Shown here: piece after piece, positions 40,824 to 49,569 of the stretch | How positions within the stretch are numbered: the first letter of the stretch is position 1 | How the letters are laid out: every line of letters starts with the position of its first letter | DNA from: Gammaproteobacteria bacterium | Lineage (GTDB): Bacteria; Pseudomonadota; Gammaproteobacteria; Arenicellales; Poriferihabitantaceae | Length of the DNA: 64,000 nucleotides | Assembly: GCA_026709505.1 (NCBI GenBank) | Contig: JAPOSW010000120.1 | Location: 1,680 to 65,679, forward strand | Reading direction: 5' to 3' | Program-made: the position numbers and the translations under genes | Notes under the pieces: generated by a model | Databases searched by the model: none | Seen by the model: the letters and a program-made list of their open reading frames with translations, nothing else | Told to the model about the DNA's origin: nothing

Positions 40824-41057
40824 TCAGAAAGGCCCTCTTTCTGACAGCTTTTGATCCGGGCGCTTTTCCATGAAGCCTTCGCTCGGCCTCTCATCAGCAA
40901 GGAAAAAACTGTCGCATGAGCCATTTACAGGAGACAGTATCCGGTCCTTTCCGGCTATCCGAACATGCACATGGGGGACATTCTCGGAAAATCGAACTTC
41001 TACTGGAAGCCTCACCGCCTAGGTGCGATTGTTCATGAATATGGATCCGACTTTCAT
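40824..41057 (-). pseudogene. vapB: AbrB/SpoVT-type VapB (VagC-like) antitoxin interrupted by an in-frame TAG at codon 13
   Basis: From ATG 41057: MKVGSIFMNNRT-TAG(41019..41021)[31 protein letters not shown]...FMEKRPDQ. Remembered VagC begins MRTVSIFKNGNNRAIRLPRDLDF, and relatives have SQAVRLP, so the stop sits at a Gln-type position (CAG>TAG). The track ORF restarts at GTG 41015. Confidence 0.7.
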
Positions 41058-41597
41058 AGTTCATAATTATTGAGCGTGTGCACATGAGGTCTTTACAATT
41101 ATTGGCCAAATAGCAAGTGTTTGTGCAGGTTCACGCATGAGCGACCAAGGTCAAAGTTCATCGGCAGGTAAACAACCTGTTGACTGGAATTGGGGTAAAA
41201 AACGATATGGCTCTATAGGTATGCACGATCAGTTACTCGCGGTCAAGCTGGGAGTCTGCGAGTCGAGACGTCTACGCGATGGTTCTGATGTTTCTCCGCA
41301 GTTTTCTGAACGAAAACCGAATGAGTGGCCATGGTTCCCTCAACCGATTTGTATTAACAGCGGATTCCTACCGTCCAGGTACAATCTGAACTGGTTTTGA
41401 CCTTGACTCGGAAGTATCAAAAGATGCGGACATTGTCATCCTACAGGCATCCGAACCGGCTTTAAACATTCGGGAGTTTGAGGTTTATTTGAGGTTCCAC
41501 CCGTTGCTACTTGATGGCGGACAGGCCCACTTCGAAGCGCTTGTAAAAGTGTACCCGGATGCCGTTTCCTTTGCGGCCCCGTTCCGGCAAGTAACAC

Positions 41598-42262
41598 ATG
41601 ACTGACATTCCCAATTTGGGTACTATAATGCCCAACATGGGTATAAAAGATTCAGTAAATATCGCTGACGATCCCGAAAACACCAGTGTCTGGGGATCAT
41701 CTTCGGCACTTGCAGACGCACTTTTCACCACGTCTCAGCAAAAGGTGCTAGCCTTGCTTTTCGGACAGCCAGACCGAAAATTCTTCATGACCGAAACCAT
41801 CAGTCTGGCTGGTTGCGGGCGGGGTGCAGTACAGCGTGAACTCGCCAAGCTGGCCAGGTGCGGGCTCGCGACTGTATCCAAGGTCGGAAACCGGAGATAT
41901 TATCGTGCAAATCCTGAGTCCCCACCGTTCGAAGAGTTATGCAGCATCGTGCGCAAGACAGTCGGCGTGGAGATATCCATCCGGAAAGCACTGGTTCCGC
42001 TTGAAGACCGGCTAGCGCTAGCCGTGCTCTTCGGATCGATTGCCAAAGGGGCATTGACCTGCTGCTGGTTTCAGAAGAACTGACACTAGAGACGGTATGC
42101 AATGCCTTGTCGTCGGCTGAAAAATCATTGGACCGACGCATAAATCCCACACTCCTCAGATTGGACGAATTCCAGCTTAGACGCAAGGGTAAGTACGGAT
42201 TTATTGCGCAGGCGCTTGATAAGCCACATAGTGTTTTGGCGAGCAGTTCCGATCACACATAA
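41598..42262 (+). pseudogene. wHTH + minimal nucleotidyltransferase (MNT/AbiEii-like) protein with the NTase motif disrupted by a frameshift
   Basis: wHTH: QQKVLALLFGQPDRKFFMTETISLAGCGRGAVQRELAKLARCGL. The NTase start is AVLFGSIAKG, after which the frame is lost. The continuation IDLLLVSEELTLETVCNALSSAEKSLDRRINPTLLRLDEF...SSSDHT (stop 42260..42262) lies in another frame. Part of the GS...DxD motif is missing. Confidence 0.6.
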
Positions 42263-42691
42263 GCATCTGGATAATCTGGCGAGAGCAGACACTCTCAAGA
42301 TCGAAGGTACAACAACCCAGGAAATTTCCAAGCTAATTCGCTCTGGGACAGCACGACTAGCGGATGCCAAAAAAGAAAATCTAAGCCCTGAATCTCGATT
42401 CGACCTTGTTTACAACTCAGCGCATGCTTTATCCCTTGCTGCGCTGCGGATGGCAGGCTATCGCTCTGGCAGCTGTTATTTGGTATTCCAGTGGTTTTTC
42501 GGCATACACTACATTTCCCGAGCGATCAGTGGCGGATTCTGGATCAAGCACATCGAAAGAGAAACATTATGGAATATGAAGGTGTTATTGATATTGATAA
42601 AAACCTACTTGAGGCAATAATTAGGGTAACCGAAGAAGTCGCTGAACGAGTATTGATCAGATGTTCGGACAAGCCACCAGAATCGCAATAA
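42204..42691 (+). pseudogene. HEPN-like partner of the preceding nucleotidyltransferase, frameshifted
   Basis: ORF 42204..42620 (…SRFDLVYNSAHALSLAALRMAGYRS) and ORF 42491..42691 (…HTLHFPSDQWRILDQAHRKRNIMEYEGVIDID) read as the two halves of one ~150-aa helical protein, with an R-N-x-x-E-Y type motif. The halves are in different frames. Confidence 0.45.
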
Positions 42692-42997
42692 TCCTGTAGA
42701 AGCATTGCAATAGCCGAGAATTCTTTGATCTACATTTTGGGTCGTTTGTTTCATCATTGATTAATCCTTTCGCCTCAGCGGTCTAGCCCTTCACAAACCC
42801 ACTGGATGTATGTTTACTCACTCGGTTCCCTTTCTCCGAAATCATGCCAATTCGAGTATCTGGATCAAAGTTTCAACGATCATACATTGGAAAATACGGT
42901 ACCTATACCGGTTAACCATGCATAATGAGCAGCTTGATCTATGAGACTGGGTGGATCATGCACAAACTATACAGATCAGCCAAGCTAGAATAATACC

Positions 42998-43468
42998 ATG
43001 ATTGACAATGTCAGCCCTTCAACCCGGTCCCGCATGATGCGGGCAATACCCAGCAAGAATACGAAGCCGGAACTATCTCTTCGAAAAGGCCTGTTCAGGG
43101 CTGGGTTCAGGTTTCGGCTTCACAGGAAGAACCTTGCGGGAAAGCCGGATATAGTCCTGACAAAATACAATGCGGTTATTTTTGTACATGGCTGTTTCTG
43201 GCATCGCCATGAAGGCTGTAGCTTAGCAACCATACCTTCTAGTCATAAGGATTACTGGATGCGTAAATTCGACAGTAATGTCGAACGTGACAACAGGAAT
43301 CGCGAACAGTTGATTTCTTCAGGCTGGCGAGTAGCAATTGTCTGGGAATGTGGCCTTAGGAAGCAGCCAGATAGAGTCATTTCCGATGTCGCACATTGGC
43401 TGAAGAATGATGATAGCCAGTCTGCAGAATTTGCTGATTCAGAAGTAGATTACAAAAACGAGAACTAA
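42998..43468 (+). CDS. vsr: Very-short-patch repair endonuclease
   Basis: SRMMRAIPSKNTKPELSLRKGLFRAGFRFRLHRKNLAGKPDIVLTKYNAVIFVHGCFWHRHEGC...RDNRNREQLISSGWRVAIVWECGL is the classic Vsr sequence pattern. Confidence 0.85.
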   Translation: MIDNVSPSTRSRMMRAIPSKNTKPELSLRKGLFRAGFRFRLHRKNLAGKPDIVLTKYNAVIFVHGCFWHRHEGCSLATIPSSHKDYWMRKFDSNVERDNRNREQLISSGWRVAIVWECGLRKQPDRVISDVAHWLKNDDSQSAEFADSEVDYKNEN

Positions 43469-44093
43469 TCGCAACAGTTGAATAGCATATGCCCAGAGCG
43501 TAATCATGGTTCCGGTTTCAAAACCCATGGACAGGATTTGCCGGGCTAGTTTGCAATCGACGCAACTTCCTTGACACGCACTGACCTGAAACGGCACCAA
43601 ACGAAAACAACAAAGCACAATGACGGCCCTTTCTATTGAGATAGCGATACGGGAATTCCTACTGACCGCCAACCACGGAGCCTGCATTGAATGTCCGTTG
43701 CAATGGAAATAGAAAACGAATAGTGATACGAAGGAATCGAAATGACTGAAGCAAGTTACATCATCGGAACACTCAGATCCATGGATTATCTTCATTCTGA
43801 TGCCGAATCTGGAAGCAGTCATTTTCTCGCGTCCCACTGTTGGCATGCGAGGAGTGTCATCCAACCGGAAGGAACATGAAAAAGTCTTCTTTATCTTTTG
43901 CAGTAATTGTGTGATACGATAATCTCACCCGCTGAAAATCCTATTGCTCCATGCAACAAATACGAAAAATGATGCGGTTTTTACCCTGTGGTTTTCCTTG
44001 CTTCCGGGGTTATGGTGCGCCCTTTCCTGGTCATACTCTACAGACCTGGGTCCATTATGTTCGGGATAGATCCAGGAGCGGAGGGCGGTATCG

Positions 44094-45410
44094 ATGAACG
44101 AAGTTCAAGAAAGAGAGCTGAAGTCTTTTCTCCGGCAGACGGAGGGCACGCCGCCGCCGGTGTTTGTCGGAAGGGACGGAGTGCTGGACGACATTGCGCT
44201 GGCAGCCTGGCAGGTATGGGAGGGTACGGGTGGAGGCATGCACGGCATGGAGAAGGCAACCCGGATTGTCCAGGGTGCGCCGGGGGCCGGCAAGAGCTCG
44301 ATCCTGAACGAGATCGCTCGGAACCCCGGGAGGCTGTGCATGGAGGACGGCACGGTTCCGATGGTGCTGGTGCTCAAGTCCGGGGACATCCAGGGACCCG
44401 TAGACATTCTCAGGCCGCTGGCCGAGAAGATGCATCCTTCCGGGTCCCGCGAGTTCATGGCCAGAATCAGCAGGAACACCGGCGGCGAGGCGGGCTTTGG
44501 CCTTGGACTGTTCCGGTTCGTCCGCAAGAGGGAAACCGGCATCGAACATGCGGAGCCGGATGCAGACTGGAACGCTTTCGGCGCATGGGCCGAACGGCAC
44601 GGCGGATTCGACCGGCCGGTCGTCCTCGCCATTGACGAGGCACAGCGGTTTGACCGTGTTCCGGAAGACCCGCTCTCCAAGCTGTTTCAGAGTCTCCATG
44701 ACGGATGCGGCCTGCCGGTCGCCCTGGTGCTGGCCGGGCTCAGCGACACCGAATACTCGGCCGGCAGGATGGACCTGACCCGCATTCCGGCCGGGCAGAA
44801 GCACAGCATCGGATGCTTTCCGGAACAGGAGGCCGAGGAATACATGACACGGTCATGCGCCCATTTCGGAATCGGCACTGCGGGCTTCGAGCACGAGATC
44901 GGCCGGCTGGCCGAGCCCTGTGACGGCTGGCCCCGACACCTGCACATCGTCCTCAAGGCCCTTGGCAGGGAAGCCCTGAGAACAGGCGGCGACCTCGGCA
45001 AGGCGGAGTGGGAAAGAATTCGCATCGAAATCATGACCGGAAGGGACGGATACTACGGTCACCAGTTTTCAGCCGAGATGAAGGATGCCATAAACCTCAC
45101 CGCCAGGGTGATGGCAGAACTGGACCGCTGTCAGAGCCGTGCTCGCATCAAGTACCTGATGGACGGCCTGCATGAGTCGGACCCCCGGAAATACCGCTTC
45201 CCTGTCGGGATGGATGCGGACTCCTTCTTCGTTCATCTCGTGCACAGGGGAACATTGCACGAGGAATCCGTTGACCGGTTTGCCTGCCCCATCCCGTCTT
45301 TCCGCACCTATCTGCTTGATCAGGGAGGGATCGTTGAGAACCCTTCCCCGAAACCAGGTCCTGTCGGCTATACCGACAGATCAGCTACGGGCAATTCGAT
45401 TGATACATGA
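44094..45410 (+). CDS. GC-rich orphan ORC/Cdc6-like AAA+ ATPase (same broad family as 36636..37787)
   Basis: VFVGRDGVLDD...VQGAPGAGKSSIL (Walker A), VVLAIDEAQRFD (Walker B), C-terminal ...LVHRGTLHEE...CPIPSFRTYLL. The gene is visibly far more GC-rich than its surroundings. The overlapping ORFs on both strands are attributed to stop-codon paucity. Confidence 0.65.
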   Translation: MNEVQERELKSFLRQTEGTPPPVFVGRDGVLDDIALAAWQVWEGTGGGMHGMEKATRIVQGAPGAGKSSILNEIARNPGRLCMEDGTVPMVLVLKSGDIQGPVDILRPLAEKMHPSGSREFMARISRNTGGEAGFGLGLFRFVRKRETGIEHAEPDADWNAFGAWAERHGGFDRPVVLAIDEAQRFDRVPEDPLSKLFQSLHDGCGLPVALVLAGLSDTEYSAGRMDLTRIPAGQKHSIGCFPEQEAEEYMTRSCAHFGIGTAGFEHEIGRLAEPCDGWPRHLHIVLKALGREALRTGGDLGKAEWERIRIEIMTGRDGYYGHQFSAEMKDAINLTARVMAELDRCQSRARIKYLMDGLHESDPRKYRFPVGMDADSFFVHLVHRGTLHEESVDRFACPIPSFRTYLLDQGGIVENPSPKPGPVGYTDRSATGNSIDT

Positions 45411-45839
45411 TTCAGCGACCAGTCGGGTTACGGTTTTCCTGATGTCGTTGCCAGAAACTTGATGTTACATGCAATCCAGTCGAAGAAACCCCGGCATTCG
45501 GCCTGTAAAGTCATGTCGAACAGCAAGTGTAGCAATTATGGAAACGCTTACATAAATTTGAAAGGCATAATGGTGCCGACTTGCTGGAAATCATCGACAT
45601 AATCTTGCTTGGCTATGGCATAACTTACACTTATGAACATGGCGCATCTGGTTTTTCAAGCATCACTTAACTTTCTTTATCGGAGACTGATGATTGAGGG
45701 AGAAATCCAGCTAATTTGCATTAATCCAGGCAGTATGCTGCATGACTGTTTTTGCATTGATCAAACACTACATACAGCGATCTGGGCTGACAAAAAACAC
45801 TGAAAAAGCATTTCGCAAATTTCTGCAGGTTTAGAAACG

Positions 45840-46589
45840 TCAAAGGGAAAGATAGGCTGCCAACAGAACCAGAGTACCTGCTTCGGCAACTTCGACTTGG
45901 GCACCATAAACATCACCGGTATATCCTTCAATCTTTCTGGCAATGAAAAACCACACCAGTATGGCGCCAAGCAAACATCCGATCGCTGAAAAAACATACC
46001 CAGGCAGTGAGATCAACAATAAGACCAGTGAAAGCAGCGCCGCATCAAGCAGAACATTTTTGCGCATCAGGGCATCGCCAAGGCCAGTTCCCAGACCTTG
46101 TGCACGAAGATATGGCTTCTCCATAATCGTCAGGACCAGCAAAATACGAGACAGGGTTGCCGCAAATAACGGCACCATGAATGCGCCTTGGGAAAATAAC
46201 CAGCTGAGTGACGTCCATTTGATGAGCAGAACGGATACAACTGCCACTATCGCACCAGCCCCTATCTGTTGATCCTTCATGATCACCAATATGCGTTCCT
46301 TGTCGAAACCACCCATGACTGCATCTCCACAATCGGCCAGACCATCAAGATGCAGCGCTCCTGTAATGGCTATCCATAACGCCAGTGCGAGTGCGCCAGC
46401 AACAGTATGTGGAATGCTTAGCCAGACAATCATGATTGCCGCACTCAATGACAGCAGTGCGCCTATGGTCAGGCCAACAAGACCATACCACTTGACCGCT
46501 GCCCCGGACATTTCAGGTTGATGACGAAACCCCTTTCCCAAAGGTATTCGGGTCAGAAACCCGAAAGCCTGCCTGATCTCTTCAATCAT
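45840..46589 (-). CDS. cobS: Adenosylcobinamide-GDP ribazoletransferase (cobalamin synthase)
   Basis: Polytopic membrane protein, FLTRIPLG N-terminus, HLDGLADCGDA motif. Lies in the cobUTCS cluster. Confidence 0.9.
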   Translation of the reverse strand: MIEEIRQAFGFLTRIPLGKGFRHQPEMSGAAVKWYGLVGLTIGALLSLSAAIMIVWLSIPHTVAGALALALWIAITGALHLDGLADCGDAVMGGFDKERILVIMKDQQIGAGAIVAVVSVLLIKWTSLSWLFSQGAFMVPLFAATLSRILLVLTIMEKPYLRAQGLGTGLGDALMRKNVLLDAALLSLVLLLISLPGYVFSAIGCLLGAILVWFFIARKIEGYTGDVYGAQVEVAEAGTLVLLAAYLSL

Positions 46590-47215
46590 GTGCCGGATGA
46601 ATTGTGAACATCGAGCTGATACCAGTCTTCATGGTCAGGATGATGGTAAATCTTGATCCTGCTGTGACAGGCATAAGGAATACTGAACATTGACAGTGAG
46701 GATGGTTTCAGGTCAAGCGTGCAGCAGTATATGGCACGCATCACGCCAGCATGGGCAAACAACAGAATCTGCTGTCCATGATAAGACTGAATGATTTCGT
46801 TGACCGAATTCTGGACTCTCTCCAGAAAACCGCCATAGCTCTCACCGCCATGCGGGGCTGATTGCTCAGGATGGCCGATCCAATGTTGCCACTGTCCGGG
46901 ATACCCTTCATTGATATCCTGAAAAGTGAGTGTTTCCCATTCACCGAAATCGACTTCAGCAAAGTCATGATGTTCCATACATGGAATTTCCAACGACTTG
47001 GCAATCTCAAAAGCGAATTCACAACAGCGTTTTCGGGGAGATGTAAGCACGATGTCCCAGCGGTGCCCAAGGTCAGTAAGCTTGCGGCATTGGGTTACCA
47101 ATTGCTGCCACCCGGTTTGTGAAAGCACGGGATCGGTGACTCCACATATTTTGCTCCCCAACTCGTGCTCACCATGACGTATTACATCAAGTTGAGTACA
47201 GCCCCATTCAGTCAC
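46586..47215 (-). CDS. cobC: Alpha-ribazole phosphatase (histidine phosphatase family)
   Basis: LDVIRHGEH (RHG catalytic motif) and later FAHAGVMR. The start is reassigned to GTG at 47215 (8-nt overlap with the cobT stop). The track ORF extension to 47416 overlaps cobT. Confidence 0.8.
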   Translation of the reverse strand: MTEWGCTQLDVIRHGEHELGSKICGVTDPVLSQTGWQQLVTQCRKLTDLGHRWDIVLTSPRKRCCEFAFEIAKSLEIPCMEHHDFAEVDFGEWETLTFQDINEGYPGQWQHWIGHPEQSAPHGGESYGGFLERVQNSVNEIIQSYHGQQILLFAHAGVMRAIYCCTLDLKPSSLSMFSIPYACHSRIKIYHHPDHEDWYQLDVHNSSGT

Positions 47216-48257
47216 GGTCCGATACTCCCGCCTCGTCAAACGTTGCCATATTGTTATGCAGTTCACAGGCCGAATCCACCAGATCATAGGCAATGGCAGC
47301 ACCACTACCCTCTCCAAGCCGCATGCCAAGCGAAAGCATCGGATCGGCTTGAAGCACCTGCAACACGCTGACGTGACCCGGTTCCTGGGAGACATGTGCA
47401 AACAACATCCAGGCACGTGTATCGGGATTCAACTTGCAGGCCACCAAAGCAGCCACACTGGATATGAAGCCATCGACAATAATCGTAACGCCCAGCATGG
47501 AAGCACGAATGTAAAAACCGGCCAGGGCAGCGATTTCGTAGCCCCCAAGTTCAGTCAGAATTCGCAACGGGTCCGACTGACTGCCAATTCGAACCAGCGA
47601 TTTTTCGATTACGGATTGTTTGCGTAAGATGCCTTGCTCATCAAGTCCGGTTCCGGGGCCAACAAGATCTGGTACTGCGGCAACTCCCAAAGCAGCAGCC
47701 AGAGCACTCGCACAGGTTGTATTGCCAATCCCCATTTCACCGCCGATCACAATCTGACATTGTGTCAAGTATTCATCCATGACATTTCGGCCGAGTGACA
47801 GAGCTGCCAGGGTTTCTTCACTGGTCATCGCGCTTTCTTCAAGAAAATTCCTGGTGCCATGGCCAACTGGTCGATCAATGACGGGTTCTGGATAGCCATC
47901 CCGTCTTGTAGTTCCCGCATTGACAATGCATAACTGTGCTTTCGCTCGTTTCGCAAGCACGCTAATGGCAGCGCCACCACTCAAAAAATTCAGCACCATC
48001 TGTGAGGTGACCTCTGGAGGAAATGCGCTGACCCCTTCTTTGGTGACACCATGATCACCAGCGAATACCGCAATTCCAAGTGGTGATGCTTGCGGTCGAA
48101 GGGCACTTTGCATGGCGGCCATGTGAACCGCCACAGCCTCGAGCTTGCCGAGTGAGCCTGATGGCTTGGTAAGCATTGCCTGTCTTTCCAGTGCAGCCTC
48201 CCCTGATTTTTGGTCGGGTGGCGGTATGGAATGCGTAAACCAGTCTTTATCCTGCAT
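47208..48257 (-). CDS. cobT: Nicotinate-nucleotide--dimethylbenzimidazole phosphoribosyltransferase
   Basis: LTKPSGSLGKLE, FAGDHGV, GGEMGIGNTT motifs. Confidence 0.9.
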   Translation of the reverse strand: MQDKDWFTHSIPPPDQKSGEAALERQAMLTKPSGSLGKLEAVAVHMAAMQSALRPQASPLGIAVFAGDHGVTKEGVSAFPPEVTSQMVLNFLSGGAAISVLAKRAKAQLCIVNAGTTRRDGYPEPVIDRPVGHGTRNFLEESAMTSEETLAALSLGRNVMDEYLTQCQIVIGGEMGIGNTTCASALAAALGVAAVPDLVGPGTGLDEQGILRKQSVIEKSLVRIGSQSDPLRILTELGGYEIAALAGFYIRASMLGVTIIVDGFISSVAALVACKLNPDTRAWMLFAHVSQEPGHVSVLQVLQADPMLSLGMRLGEGSGAAIAYDLVDSACELHNNMATFDEAGVSDRD

Positions 48258-48768
48258 TGCTTGTCTTTATCCGGTTGGGAATTCCGCACAGCATCTGGGT
48301 AACTGTGTCTGCCTGTTGCGCGATATCCTGTTGCAGTTTTCCGCTTTCATCAACGAATTCTCGAGCCAGTGATCCGGTAGGGATCACCCCCATGCCGGTC
48401 TCATTAGACACCAGCCAGAGTGATCCCTGAATGAGCTTTAACCCGGCAAGAAATCGCTCACGCTCATTATTCCAGCCTTGCCGGTCCTCGCGACATAGCC
48501 AGTTCGATAGCCAGAGGGTCAGGCAGTCAACGACTGCCGATTCGTTATTTTTTAACTTGCCGAGGATTTGTGACAGATATAGCGGCTCCTCGACCAGCCT
48601 CCATTGCTCGCCTCGTCGACGCTGATGCTGATTAATTCTCTCTGCCATCTCCCGATCCCCTGCTTCTGCAGTCGCTATATAGAGTGGATAATCACTGGAT
48701 TCAAGTGCGCACTGTTCGGCATAACGGCTTTTTCCACTACGAGCACCGCCCACAATCAACTCGATCAT
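48247..48768 (-). CDS. cobU: Adenosylcobinamide kinase / adenosylcobinamide-phosphate guanylyltransferase
   Basis: MIELIVGGARSGKSRYAE P-loop, YIATA, 173 aa. Confidence 0.9.
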   Translation of the reverse strand: MIELIVGGARSGKSRYAEQCALESSDYPLYIATAEAGDREMAERINQHQRRRGEQWRLVEEPLYLSQILGKLKNNESAVVDCLTLWLSNWLCREDRQGWNNERERFLAGLKLIQGSLWLVSNETGMGVIPTGSLAREFVDESGKLQQDIAQQADTVTQMLCGIPNRIKTSNAG

Positions 48769-48788
48769 GAATGGAATGTCTTCAAGGT

Positions 48789-49229
48789 TTAATTGTTCTG
48801 AGGTGATTCAACGACTTCTACCTCGGTCTTGATTTCACCGCCCTTCATGAAGTTCAGCGTAAGGTCGAATCTCTGTCCTGGAACTAGCGGCTCGACAAGC
48901 CCCATCAGCATGATGTGATGTCCGCCTGGCTCCATTGTCAAAGAGCTATTGCCGGGAATTTCAAGGGAGTGATGGTGATGCATTTTCATTTGCCCATGAT
49001 CATGCGAGGTAGTATGCAGCTCAACACTGTTAGATACGCCTGTTGTTGCATCCATCAGCATATCTGCTTGAGAACCTTTATTCTCGATTAGCAGATAGAC
49101 AGCACCATTTTTTGAAGATGGCGGTACAGCCAAGCTCCATGCAGAGGAAACCGACACGTCACCTGCATGAGATCCAATACTGAAAGCCAATAGGCCAAAG
49201 CCGACTAATGCGCTTTTCGATTTATACAT
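48789..49229 (-). CDS. Periplasmic copper chaperone PCu(A)C (DUF461) family protein
   Basis: Signal peptide, GAVYLLIENKG, His/Met-rich MKMHHHHSLEIP and EPGGHHIMLMGL. Confidence 0.7.
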   Translation of the reverse strand: MYKSKSALVGFGLLAFSIGSHAGDVSVSSAWSLAVPPSSKNGAVYLLIENKGSQADMLMDATTGVSNSVELHTTSHDHGQMKMHHHHSLEIPGNSSLTMEPGGHHIMLMGLVEPLVPGQRFDLTLNFMKGGEIKTEVEVVESPQNN

Positions 49230-49569
49230 AACTTCTCCTTGCCTGTTGAACGGAAATATGCAGCTGCGATAGGCCGTGCATGGTCATTGGGCTTATCGAC
49301 GGAACGTTGAATCAAGAGAAACACTGGGCAGAATCCCTCTCTTGTCAGGATCAGCAAAATGGCTGCTTCATAAGCGACCCGGTTTGCAAAATTATATCTC
49401 AAATACCAACAACTGCTTCATGGCTATCGATGACCGAATACTCTTATTGCCCAGATTGAGCAGGGAAAGACATCAAGCCGGCCAATCGATCCACTCGATA
49501 GACGTTGCTGGATCCACGATCATGGGTATCTAAATGATTGCATAGTCGCCTTGCCGCAGCAACTGGAAC

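Noticed and set aside
18460-41021. Idea that the in-frame TAG codons (HDAC-like gene, vapB) reflect stop-codon reassignment or pyrrolysine-type decoding
   Set aside because: Many intact genes in the window terminate with TAG in sensible places. A TGA nonsense codon and multiple frameshifts occur in the same class of genes. No pyl genes are seen. Ordinary pseudogenisation explains all of this.
43988-44804. Long overlapping ORFs on both strands inside the GC-rich segment (43988..44635 +, 44055..44804 -, 44105..44680 -, 44687..45034 -)
   Set aside because: They are Arg/Pro/Gly/Ala-rich translations with no motifs. They are the expected by-product of stop-codon scarcity in GC-rich DNA. Only frame 44094..45410 carries Walker A/B motifs.
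47216-47416. N-terminal extension of the cobC track ORF overlapping 200 nt of cobT
   Set aside because: The histidine-phosphatase RHG motif lies right after a GTG at 47215 that overlaps the cobT stop. The extension has no homology signal and would overlap cobT extensively.
49230-49569. Possible second cobalamin riboswitch upstream of the PCuAC-cobU operon
   Set aside because: I read both strands and found no B12 box (…AGNCNGGAGACCNGCC…) or GGGAA…GGTG…CCCGCAAC core. Only an Infernal scan could overturn this.
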